Below the pieces are notes generated by a model, which saw nothing but the letters and a program-made list of their open reading frames with translations, was not told the origin of the DNA and did not search any database. From the human T2T-CHM13v2.0 reference genome, Homo sapiens, in NCBI RefSeq assembly GCF_009914755.1, contig NC_060925.1: a DNA stretch of 64,000 nt, one strand, 5' to 3'. Each line of letters begins with the position of its first letter. Within the stretch, counting starts at the first letter, position 1. The position numbers and the translations under genes are program-made. Below are positions 1-13,532 of this stretch, one piece after another.

Positions 1-1808
1 CCCACCCCCGTCTCCTGGCCGGTTTCCTTTTCTGCAGTTTGCCGCCTCCAAGCCGCCCTGCGCTTCCTGCCCGTGTCTGACAAAGACTCTGCTCCCTTAC
101 TGAACACCACAGTGCCCGCCACGGGCTGCCACTCAAGGTCACATCCGCACGACCACCCCCTGCAGCCTACCTGCCAGTGTCATCTCTGGTCACCCCTCCC
201 TCCCAGGATCCATCTCCTCATCGTGCTTCCGCACCTGCGGTTCATTCCCTGGGCCAAGAATGTCCCTCCTAATTCTTTGTTCATCCTTAGAGACCCTGAT
301 AAATGTCACCACAGGAGTGGAACCTTCCCCTGCCCCACCCCAGACTTAGTCTCTCCACAACAGCTTGCACATCCCCTTGTCCAACATTACACTTGTCCCT
401 ACACACAGCTGCCTCCTCTACCAGACTCTGAGCTGCTGGAGTGTGCGGCCTGGCTCTTGTTCTCCTCATCCCCCACCCCACACACAAGGCCCGGCACAGA
501 GCAGCCATTGGCAATAAATAAACCGCATTTTAAAAAATGAGTAAGTGGAAGACCATAAGAACTGGGTAGTTGCTGGGTATGCGGAAGGGGCTGGACTGTT
601 GAGCGTTCATCTGAGGCTTCTTGGAGGCCACACTGGGCAGGGTTAGATGGAAGGTCAATAGATTTGGTGCAGCGAGAGGACCTCAGGGAAGCACCAGAGT
701 GACCTGTGATGTTAATTTAACAAACACAGAACAACTTCTATTGTCAGGCCTCATACTGGGTACAGGGACCTCGGCCAGCACTCAAATTGCATTCCCTGTA
801 GGAAAGCCAGTGTAGGCGGTGCCCAAACAGAGTGCCAAGTGTCACATGGTAAGCACAAGAAGACAAGACCATACAGATGAGGGGCACCTAACGTGCTCAG
901 GGGTGATGTCAGAGGGGCTTCCCAAAGAGGAGCACCACCCAACCCAAGTCCAAAGGGAGGTTCTGAGAAGGGTGGGGAGGACTGAGAGGAAGCTGGGAGA
1001 GCTGAGCAGAGCTGGCATACCAAACGCAGGAGTTGGACTCCATCCTGAGGGCATTCAAGAAGCTGGGGAGTGACCAGATCACCTGCAGTCTCGTGCTGTG
1101 CCAAGCCTCAGCCCTCGCCCCTCCTGGGAGCCTTCTCACCCCGTGGCAGGCTGAGCCCCTTTTCGGTGCTCCATTAGTAGCCCGGTCGCCTCTTTTCTGT
1201 GCAGGGTTAGGTACTGTGGCTAAACTGTGTCCTTTGGTCTTAATCTTCTCTGTGTCCCAAGCACCAGGCACCACATCTTGCCCCTGGCCAAACATTTGCT
1301 GAATGAGTGGGTGGTTCCTTATTTCTGTTGTCCTCTACAGCCCTTACTCTCAATTCCACATCCTTTCACACCTGGGACCTGTGCATTCTGCTGCAAACAG
1401 CATTTAACTGGGAAAGAGGAGACTCAAATCAAATCCTGGCTCCACCATTTACTGGACAAGTCACATAACTCTCCTGAAACCTCAGTTTCCCCATCTGTAA
1501 GATAAGGTACCACTATGAATAGGGTCTAAGTCTCTACATGTATGCAAGAGACTCATTTCCTTGGATAGGTTGTAAACTCTGTGATGGTAGGGACCAAGGT
1601 TTCTACCAGCACCCAGCTCAGGCACAGCATATAACCAATACAATGTTCAGTCCTCTTGGTTGGTAGACAGCAGAGCACAGGGGAAAGAACACTTAAGGCA
1701 AAATTGTAACTTTTGTTCTGCCACTTCTGGTGTGACCTTGAGCTAGGTTCTTCCCATCTCTGAGTCTTCCTTGCTTTACCTGGAAAGTAGGGACAAGAAC
1801 CCTTGCCT

Positions 1809-2129
<321 letters not shown>

Positions 2130-3412
2130 CCTTGCCTGACAGAGCTCACAGGGCCAATGGAAATCCTAAATGTGAAAGTGGTTTGTGAATGGAGGAGATA
2201 ATGAAAGAGATAATATAGTAGACAATTGACCATTAATTAAAAATTAACCAGTGTGAAGTAGCACAGAGGCAGCAGCAATGCTTGACAGGTGGTAGACAGA
2301 CCCTGGGCACCTGCTAACTGGCTCTGAGCAGCAGACAGTGGGATGTTTGATCTTGCTGGGGTCAGCCCAGAGACCCAGGAGAGACCACTACAGCGGGTTC
2401 ATGGGGAGGGAGTATGCAGCAAGTCCTTTGTCCCCTTCCCTTCCCAGATTTCCCTGGCTTGCATTGCTTCTTGTCTTAGGTTTGGAGGGGCTCTGGCATA
2501 CGAACGTCTTAGGAATCCCAATGGCTCTGGCCATGTAGCTACTGATCACCTTTGGTGAGTGAGGCTGGCCCATGGAGGCAGTGAGCCCAGCAGTGCTGCC
2601 CTGATAAACTCTAGTCCCAAACTCCAAGTCAGCCCTCCCAGCTGCTGGCATGTTGGTGGCAGGTTTATGAGAAAAGACCATGGTTTGTCTCAGCTCTTGT
2701 CCAGACCAGATGGGCCTGGGGCTGAACAGAGGGGCTGGATGGAGGCAGAGCTGGAGGTGAGATTAATCCTCACATCTGAAATGGGTGAGGATTAAATGAG
2801 AAAACAGATCTGGGAACACCTTGAAACTTGTTTATTTCACTCAAGTGCAGGATCTATTTGTGGCTGGTACATTTGCCCCAACCAGCGGGGCTTCTCAGTT
2901 TTGGGGAGGAATGGGGCTCTTTCTCCAAGAGACTCAGTTTCTCAAGCAGATTGAGTGTAAGGTGTACAAATGTGGTCTTAGAGTAAAAACAGAGACAAGA
3001 CAGACTGTGAAGATGGGCAGGGCCAGCCAATTCCCTGTTGTGGGAGAGACTGGGAGAGACTGGGAGCACTGGGGGGCCTGGGCTGGACGGTCCCACACAC
3101 ACAGGGAGGCTGCTGCTGCCTCGCAGGCCTGGCCATTGAGCTCGTTCACTGCCATATCCCACACACCTCCTCCTGCTGAAATCTATGCCTGCAGCGAAGA
3201 AACAGCAGATTTAGAATCAAACAGATGGGATTTGGTTCTACTTACCATGTGACTTTGAGCAAGTATCTTCCTCTCTTTTAACTGTAGTTTCCTCATTCAT
3301 AAAATAGGGGAGAATTCTAGCACCATCTCCTGAGGTTGTCAGGATCTGAGAAACAGACATGGGGATGGGAACATGGCGAAAAGATCTTTGTGAACTATTC
3401 AGTGTTGTACAC

Positions 3413-3754
<342 letters not shown>

Positions 3755-4383
3755 TAGGCCTGCTGTTCTGACTGGGGCCTGTCAGAACCAGGACCTTGAG
3801 GCACCTCAGCTGCAGCCCTGTGCTTCAGAAGGAGTGAACTTGGACTGTGGGACAACAGGGCTTCCTGGCACTACTTCTCTCTCAAGCCAACCCTTCGTCA
3901 GTGACAAGGGCCCACCTCTCAGATGGGAGAAGGGCCCCATACCCCCTGCATTCTGGGCCATGGGGCTTCAGGAGAGTCAGCATATGGACTGGAGGGATGT
4001 CTGTGCTGTGGGGCAAAGGTGCAGTCAGAGAGGGAGTGGAAACTATGCTTGTGTTGGTTCACCCACTCTGCTGTTGAGCTTTCCCAAGACGCTGGATCCT
4101 CAGCACCTTTGTCTTCACCTCCTGAGTCTCCTTCATCTACCTCCTGTCTCCCTTAGTCCAGCCAGTGAAACAGAATGTAGGGAGGGTGCCATTCTGGGAT
4201 GAGATCTAGTGGAACAGGTCCCTGGGAGCCTCTTCTGGGACTCCTTAACCTTGGGAACCCTTCGCCCCTCTCTCTTGGGCCCCAGGTAAGGGTACCAGTT
4301 TCTTCCTGAGCCATGACCAGAGCCATTCCCAGATAAATGAGGTTTCCTGGAAGGATGTTACCAGTGCCTTATCTCTGGCCAAC

Positions 4384-4424
4384 ATGGTGCTGGGGCTCTT
4401 CTCCATCATCTTCAGCTTCAGCAG
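4384..4424 (+). CDS. TMEM269: TMEM269 coding exon 1 (join 4384-4424,7294-7391,8090-8233,8902-9102,12587-12714; 203 aa multi-pass membrane protein)
   Basis: ATG at 4384, MVLGLFSIIFSFSR, donor AG|GTAGGT; the five exons sum to 612 nt in frame. The frame is open upstream to 4249, so the true start may lie further 5'. Confidence 0.8.
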
Positions 4425-5085
4425 GTAGGTCTGGGGCCCAGCAAGCTCTTAGCCAAGAGCTGGAGCCAATGGCATGCGGGAAGGAGAGGGAGAGTTTGGA
4501 GAGCAGGCACTGAGGCATAGGAATCCACAGTGTACCCAGGGTAAGTGCAGTGGCTTAGGAGTCAAGAGGCCAAGATCCCATGCTCAACGGTACCAGTTCA
4601 TTCCAGCTATGGCAGTCTAGAATGGTTTCTGTGAGAAAGTCAATAGATTCTGTTCTGGTGGCCCTTATGCAATCTTTGGGTAGGCCACAGTTCATATTTT
4701 CTAATTCTTAGATCATATGACCTGGCAGAATATTTGAAATTAGCACTGTTCTGGGAGGTCCGAGACATTATATGTTCCCCCAAAATGTTGTAAGCAAATT
4801 CTATTTCTGTAAGTTGAATCCCATTTCAATGTTTTTGGGATGTCAGTCCTTTAAAGATAAATCCTTTATGATGCGGGTAACATCTCCTAATCTACTTGAT
4901 TGTCTATAACCATCAGTAAGTGACTTCTCTTTGGATTTGTTTCTCATCCACAAAATAAGATGACTTTACCTGATGATGTTTAAGCCCCCTTCCAGCTGGA
5001 AATTTTTGTGATTCTCTAAGTCTTGGTTTTTGGAGTATAATAAAGTAGGGCACACCTACAGCAGAAAATTTCTTTTTTTAAGAAA

Positions 5086-5222
5086 CTTTTTTTTTTTTTT
5101 TTTAAGAGATGAGGTCTCATTATATTGCCCAGGCTGGTCTCAAACACCTGGGCTCAAGTGATCCACCTGCCTAGGCCTCCCAAAGTGCTGGGATTACAAA
5201 CGTGAGCCACTGTGCCCAGCCC
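5086..5222 (-). mobile_element. Alu monomer (FLAM-like)
   Basis: Poly-T plus left-monomer reverse complement; flanking cagaaaatttct repeat. Confidence 0.8.
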
Positions 5223-5574
5223 AGAAAATTTCTATCCTCTTAGTACAGCCTAATTTTCTAGGAGTGTTGCCATGATGGTGCCCTGAGTATTTTTATTTAA
5301 CTTCAGTCCCCTTTAGATACATAGGACTAGGTCTAAACAAAGGAAATGCTGTGGTAGTTTGGAGACAGCTGAGGTCTAGGTCAGGCCCTTTGCTTCTTCT
5401 GGGTTGCCTAAGCATTGCAATCAGGGTGCAGACTTGAGAATGGGCCTCTCAGGGCAGGTTTGCTTGGAGCTGTGGTGGCAGCTTTTAGAGGGACCTGAGA
5501 GCAGGTGCTGGATGGAGGCACAGAATCAAGAATGTGGGGTATGAAAGAGCTCATGGAAATCATTTAAAGCATCA

Positions 5575-6850
<1,276 letters not shown>

Positions 6851-7293
6851 AAATCATTTAGCACACACTCCTCATTTTACAGATGGGGGAACAGGCCTAG
6901 AGATGGGGTAGTGATTTACCTAAGAATTCATAGGGAGATGGTGGCAGAGGCTGGACTAGAACCTAGGTCCCCTGTGCCATCAAAAATGCCTGGAAGTTAG
7001 AGTTGGAAGGGATCTTAGTGATGTTCTAGGGGGTTTGGGGCACCCCTTTAAGACTGTAGATTGAGTTTGTGAGGGATGTAGGCATGTGTATGTGCATGTG
7101 TGGTGCAAAAAGCAGCATATATCAGAAGGGATGTGAGTGTGGGGGACATGAAGAGGTGTGTATGTGTGCAAGTGTGGGAGGTGTGTGGGAAGTATATTAG
7201 TGTATACTAATATACTAATGGGGGGCAGGGGAGAGTCTCCAGTGGAAACTGCGAAAGTGCTTCCCTGTTTGGGCTTGCTGGCCTGCACTTTAG

Positions 7294-7391
7294 GAAATGC
7301 CACTATGCCTCCCGGATGCTCCTGGTCAGCTTCCTGTTAGACATGGCAGTCAGGGCAATGACCAGCCACATCAACATATGCTCCAAATTGG
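7294..7391 (+). CDS. TMEM269: TMEM269 coding exon 2
   Basis: cactttag|G acceptor, KCHYASRMLLVSFLLDMAVRAMTSHINICSKLG, donor G|GTGAGT. Confidence 0.88.
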
Positions 7392-8089
7392 GTGAGTTCA
7401 GGCCCCAGGCCCCTAATCCTTGCCCCCAGTAGCATCCATCTGGGGTCACCCCTTCGTCCATCCTCTAACATCCCGCAGGCCTTCATCAGGCATCCACCCC
7501 TGTTCACACCCCGCTGAGAGCAGCAGCAGCAGCAGCCCTGGAGCAGGAGTTCAGGAGCCCCGCGGTCCAGCTCCAGCTCCTCTGCTGGCTCACTTGCTGA
7601 CCTTTGGGCAGTCCTTGTCCTGGCTTTCAGTTTTCTCATCTGCCCTGCTTCCCTGTTCTGGGCCCATCCAGGTATTGGAGTGGAAGTGGGTAGGGGTGGG
7701 GTGAGAGGAAGTTGGCAGAGAGGAGATGAAAATTACACCAGCAGAGCAGCTGGTTTAAAATACAGTAAAATGCTTCCATGTAAGATTTAGCGTGAAAAAA
7801 GTCCCACAGCTTATCAGTTTGTATCTGATTGTAGTCCAAGCCTTGCATGTTAAGGGATGGGAAGACTAAGATCTGAGGGGGAGATACTTGCCCAAGGCCA
7901 CCGGCCAGCGCAAGGCAGAGCCAGGAGGAGATCCCGAGCTTTGATCTGAAGACTGCCCCAGGGGAGCAGCTGTTGCTTTCTGTGACCTCAGGACCCCTCT
8001 TATCACTACCCCAGCTCCCCTACTAGATGGGGGCTAAGGTGCAAGACGTGGGAGTATAAGTTCTTCTAACCTTGGGCCGTCTGGGGCAG

Positions 8090-8233
8090 GAGCCGAGCTG
8101 AATGACTTTGCCGTCTTCACCACCTTCGGCTTGGCCTCCGCTCTGCTCCTAGGCGTGGATGGACTTCTGAGTGGGATCCTGGCCATCATCTATGTGTCAG
8201 CTGCTTCTTTCCACTTGTGCTTTTATTCACCTG
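8090..8233 (+). CDS. TMEM269: TMEM269 coding exon 3
   Basis: ggcag|GA acceptor, AELNDFAVFTTFGLASALLLGVDGLLSGILAIIYVSAASFHLCFYSP, donor G|GTGAGT. Confidence 0.88.
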
Positions 8234-8901
8234 GTGAGTGGAACCAAGGTTGCCTTAGAACAGAGGGCAGGGGAGCACAGAACGGGGGGCTGTCGGGTGC
8301 CAGAAGCCTGGGGTGCAGTTACTGACTCCTTTTTTGGAGCTCCTCTTCCTTCCTCCTTGCGTGCCCCATGCCCCATGCCCACTGAAGGCTGCAGGCTGCA
8401 TTGGCAGAGCCCTGGGCTGGGAGGCAAGGGCCTTCATTTCTTGGAGCAGCTGTGCCTCTTTCTCAATGCGTGACCTGTGACCTTTGGATGGAGCACATTG
8501 ATTCTTGGACTAGAACTGGAGGTTGTATTCCAGTTCCTTAAAACAGATGGAGAAACCATGCTCCAGTGAGGGAAATTGTCTTGCCTAAGGTCACAAAGTG
8601 AGGGAGAGCAGATACAGCACAGGGCTTAGACTAGCAGGTCTCAAAGGACCCTTTCAGCAGAGACTTCCTAGGAGCCAGGGCACACCCTGGTCCTAGCTGG
8701 CTGCCTGCTTTCCCTTGGAAAACCAATGTAAAACCCATGCATCATCTTTGTGAATAAATGATTTTCAGCCTGCCACTGCCTTTGGGTTTAAGGGAATATT
8801 GTATCCTGGGTAGGGGAATACCCAAAGAGAGAGGGGCTTGCTTCATTTTGGTATCTTTAGAGCAGAGGGAAGCAGCTAATCTCCAGCGTTCTTCCTGGCA
8901 G

Positions 8902-9102
8902 GAGTCCCCTCCACATACAAGGGTCTACCCTGCCCCTATGCTTCCTGCATCTTGGCTTCCACCTCCCTTCTGACCAAAGGCAACAGGTTCATCCTCTGCT
9001 GCATGGCCTCACTCATGATTCTCTTCATGATGGACCAGAGCTACTATCCATATGACAAAATCCTGGAGTCTGAGAACTGGAAAAAATTGGTTTATATAGG
9101 AG
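8902..9102 (+). CDS. TMEM269: TMEM269 coding exon 4
   Basis: cttcctggcag|GA acceptor, VPSTYKGLPCPYASC...ENWKKLVYIG, donor G|GTGAGT. Confidence 0.88.
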
Positions 9103-11027
9103 GTGAGTGAAAATGTCACTATGGCCAGTTTGTTATCACAGTTGCTTATTGCCACTGTACCTCACCCCAGCATTTTTCTATCTCTCTTATTCTGCTTTAT
9201 TTTTCCCCATAGAACTGATAATCATCTGACATATTTACTAGTTTTCTTATTGTCTATAAACACTAAACCTACCCCCAATAGAGGACTCTCTTTTATTCAT
9301 GCTATTAATATAATCCCCAGTGCCTAGAAGTGTGTCAGTCACATCGTAGGTGCTCAGTATATACTTGCTAAATGTTAATAAGTTCAATAGAGATTTAGGA
9401 AGCACCCACCGTGTGCCAGGTACTGGAAATCAAATTGGTAAACTAGGCAAACAGTCCCTGCCTCTGAATCTAGAGGCTGATCACAGGGGAGACAGAGATC
9501 AAACAAATAATGGCAGAAATATCTAGAAACATATAGGTTTACTGTATGTATTATGTAAGTGCAGGGTGCTCTGAGTGTCAGAGGGTGACCTACTTCAGGC
9601 TGGCATGATCTGAAGGGAAGGAAAGGATCCTTAAGCAGGTGTCATTTAAGTGAGACCTACAAGAGGAGTGGCCAGGTGGGGATGGGGAGGTTCAGGAGGT
9701 TCAGGCAGAGGAACAGTATGTTGTGATGGCTTTGAGGCCACAGGGGCTGGACACATTAGTGGAGCAATGTGGCTGAAACTTGCTGAGACAGCCAGTGACA
9801 CAGACTGAGGCCATGAGGTGAGCAGACCTGGCAGGATTTGGGATTTGATACCAAAGGCAAATGAGGAGCCTCTAAAGGGATTTATGCAGGGAAGTGGTAT
9901 GGCTGGAGCAGCAGTTTTCAATAATCACTTTGACTGCAATGTGGAGAACAGATTGTAGGTCTGAGAATGCAAGGAGGAAAACAAACTTTTTGTTCAGATG
10001 AGAGGTGATGGTGGCAGTGGAGATAAAGAGAAGTGAATGGATTTGAGATAAATGTTGGAAATAGAATTGACATTGAGGAAGGAGGAGGAGACATGGATGA
10101 CTCTTAGGGTTGGGTTTGAAGTAACTGAGCACTGGGCTCCAGGCCCTGAGTTCCTGGTCACACTGGGGCCTTGCAGACGTCTCCCTAGAGCTTCCCCTGA
10201 TTTAGGGCTTCCTTCAAGGAATATCAGTTTTTCTTCTCTTAAAATGTGCTCCTGTAAACAAGACAAACATCTATGGGGATCCAGAGTTCCTTCCATTATT
10301 CCCATGTGAGTCCCATCTAGTTTATAGGGTCTTCGGTTTCATCCTGACCTTTCCCTTAAGGTTTATACCTTTTGTAACATTAGCACCAACAGCCCTTTCA
10401 AAGCTCCAGGAGCTGGCTCCTCCTATGCCTTAGGTGGCAGAGGCAGAATGGTGGTGAGAAGCTTCTGGGTTTGGAAGCTTCTCAGGAAGACCTGAGCCCA
10501 AGCTCTAACTCTAGCACATATTAGTTGAACTTGGGCTAATACCTCACTGTTTTGAGCTCAATTTTATCCATCTGTAAAACGAAGCCACTAATCCCTACTT
10601 TGCAGGATTTCTGAGATTAAATGAGATAATAAATATAAATCCTCTGGCACAGATGTGTCCATTTCTAGCCTCGCCCTTCTCCTCCACCTCCCCTTCTCCT
10701 ATCTCATAACAGTAGTATTGCTTAGTGTTCTTCGCTCCTGTAGATACTACTGATCCCCCTCTTCTCAAAATAAACCACATACTTGGCCTCAGCCTTCCTC
10801 AGATTGTCCTGCTGTGTGAGTAAGGGAGGAAACTGCACCTTACAGATTTTGACAACAGTTAATACCAGAGCCCTACTGGGTAGATTTCAAAATGGCTTCT
10901 GTGGACATTCCTCTTATTTGGAGTGCAGCCAGTCACCTTCTTAGACTGAGGTCCCTTCTACCCCACAGAGCTTCGTACGTCTGAGAACTGGCCTGTGACC
11001 AGCACTCTGAAACCTTATATGAAATAC

Positions 11028-11192
11028 TTTTTTTTTTTTTTTTTACAGGGAGTAGCCGAAAATCATACATACATGGTAGAGAGGGGTCTCACTCTTTTGT
11101 CCAGGCTGATCTCAAATTCATGGATTCAAGCAATCCTCCTGCCTTGGCCTCCCAAAGTACTGTGATTACAGGCATGAGCCAACGCGCCAGCC
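11028..11192 (-). mobile_element. Alu monomer (FLAM-like)
   Basis: Poly-T plus left-monomer reverse complement. Confidence 0.7.
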
Positions 11193-11661
11193 ATGTACTT
11201 TCCAAGACAACTCTGGTTTTCAGTATTGTCTTTTTGCCTCAACAGATCAATGACTATTCTTGAAATACAGTATTCCAAAATGCCCATGCATATCCTTAAC
11301 TGCTTATTACTCCTAGAAGTGGTCTTCTATCAGATCATATGTTCTGATTTCTCTTACAGGATACATGGTGATCATTCCCATGGAAATACCATTGGCTCAT
11401 ACTCTCTTTGTCCTCTTTTTGAGCTCCCTGAGGCAGTGTGTCTAGTTTTTAAGAGTCAAGCAGAAGTGGGTTTGAATCAGGACCTCGTACAGGTTACTTC
11501 TGTTTCTTCTTATGAAAAACAGACTTAGTTCTAAACCACGGGATTATTGTGAAGTGTAAATGAAAAAAATGTACACATCTAGCAGAATGTCTAGTGCAAA
11601 ATAGATATTCCACAAACGTGAGTGCTCTTTTGCCTTTTGGTGGCGAATCTGAGATGCAAAT

Positions 11662-12200
11662 TGTGTTGGGAGTCCCCAAGACCACCCCTGAGAAGACTCA
11701 CAGGACTCAGCTTGTTGTACTCATGGCTAAGATTGATTTCAGCAAAAGGATGTAAAGCAAAATCAGCAAAGGGAAAAGGTGCATGGGAAAAAGTTCAGGG
11801 GAAACCAGGTGCAAGCTTCAGAGAGTCCTCTCCCAGTAGAGTCACACGAGATGCACTTAATTCCTCAGCACTGAATTGTGATAATACAATAAAGTGTTGG
11901 CTACCAGGGAAACTGATGAGAGACTCAGTGCCCAAGTTTTACTGGGGGATGGTCATGTCAGCACCCTGTGCCTACCATGTACCAAAATTCCAGATTCCCA
12001 GAAGGAAACCAGGTGTTACCACCGTGCTTATATGGACAGTCTAGGAACAGTGAGACACTCTTATCAGTTGGGGAAAGTTTTATGTTGGTCTAGGGAACTG
12101 TTTACTATTCAAGTTTCCAGCCATCAGCCAAGGGCCAGCCTTGCAAGAAGGCCTTTCTGAGGATAGCAGTCTCAGGCCTGCACGTAAACTCTTTTCTGCA
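11662..12200. mobile_element. MER21-family LTR fragment
   Basis: Motifs recalled from the MER21 consensus: gggagtccccaagaccaccc, agactcacaggactcagc, aaaatcagcaaagggaaaaggtgcatggg. Confidence 0.65.
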
Positions 12201-12586
12201 TACATATCATACTGCATTGGTCGTTATCACATGTTAAATTTAAAACAATGAGGAAGATTTTTTTTTCCTAACAAGGGTTTTTGGTTTTTGTCTTGGTTTG
12301 TTTTGTTTTCCCTAACAAAGGCAATTCAGATTTATTATTGGCTGGAACTTCTGATGTGAATTTGACACAGTGGAACCTGAGACTGCATTGGGCTATACTT
12401 CTCTAGTTACTTACCTATCTCTATTAAACTGAACTTGAAGACAGGGCTCCTGTCTCTTTCTGTTTGTTTCTTAGGCACTGTGGGTGAAAAGTAAAGAATG
12501 GGAGGGTGGGGACGGGAGAGTAGAGGGTAGAAAGCATAGAAGACAGCTTCCTAGAAATTGAGTGTCTGCACTTTTTGTTCTTCCAG

Positions 12587-12714
12587 GTGTCATCATGCTG
12601 TTTTTCTCCCCATTGTCTCTGTCTGCTTTTTACTGCCTGATGTGGTCGCTCTCGTACATCTTCTTTCCAGATGCTCTGTGGGGCAAGGCAGCCTGTCTTT
12701 CGCCACAGCACTGA
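12587..12714 (+). CDS. TMEM269: TMEM269 last coding exon
   Basis: tttgttcttccag|GT acceptor, VIMLFFSPLSLSAFYCLMWSLSYIFFPDALWGKAACLSPQH*, TGA at 12712-12714. Confidence 0.88.
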
Positions 12715-13221
12715 GGAAGCTAAGCAGCTCTACCAGCTCCTGCCGGCCTCTGTGGGGTTTGTGTCAGCATATTGGGTCAAGCCTGCACTAAAGCTTTGTA
12801 TGTACCTGTGTTGCCATATACTAGATATATGGTATGTCTGTTGCCATGAAGTTAGAAACCCAAAGCAGGGTCAGTGAACTTCACTTCTTTGTCTTTATTC
12901 AGGGTTCTGACTCCCTTGCGGACAATACTTGTTTATGTCATGTAGAGCAGAATATCCCCCCGCCTCAAGCTCAATGTGGGCTGGGTTTGGGTTCCAGCTC
13001 CATTACCAGCCGGGTGACTGTGTGCTACTAAGGTCCATCCCTTGGAAAGGAGTGAGAGCCTTCAGAACTGGTATTGGCCTCAGCCTCAGCCCTGCCTGGT
13101 GGGGCTTCCTGAAGCATTTCTTACTCTTGCAGACTCTGGCTCTGAGAGTAGAGCCAATCACAGGACTCTCTTGTTGCCTAGTTTGAATGTGTGTAGGATT
13201 TTGTAACTTCAACATTCTGGG

Positions 13222-13532
13222 TTTTTTTTTTTTTTTTTTTTTTTTTTTTGAGAAGGAGTCTCGCTCTTTCACCCAGGCTGGAGTGCAGTGGAGCGATCTC
13301 GGCTCACTGCAGGCTCCGCCCCCCGGGATTCACGCCATTCTCCTGCCTCAGCCTCCCGCGTAGCTGGGACTACAGGCTCCCGCCACCTCGCCCGGCTAAT
13401 TTTTTGTATTTTTAGTAGAGACGGGGGTTTCACCGTGTTAGCCAGGATGGTCTCGATCTCCTGACCTCGTGATCCGCCCGCCTCGGCCTCCCAAAGTGCT
13501 GGGATTACAAGCGTGAGCCACCGCGCCCGGCC
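13222..13532 (-). mobile_element. AluY in the TMEM269 3' region
   Basis: CpG-rich reverse-complement Alu with Y diagnostics (ttagccaggatggtctcgatc); flanking acattctg repeat. Confidence 0.9.

Noticed and set aside
73-540. 155-aa Pro/His-rich ORF with AATAAA near its end
   Set aside because: Non-ATG start in C-rich low-complexity sequence; no recognisable homology.
7519-7536. (CAG)5 tract in a TMEM269 intron
   Set aside because: Too short and intronic to be notable.
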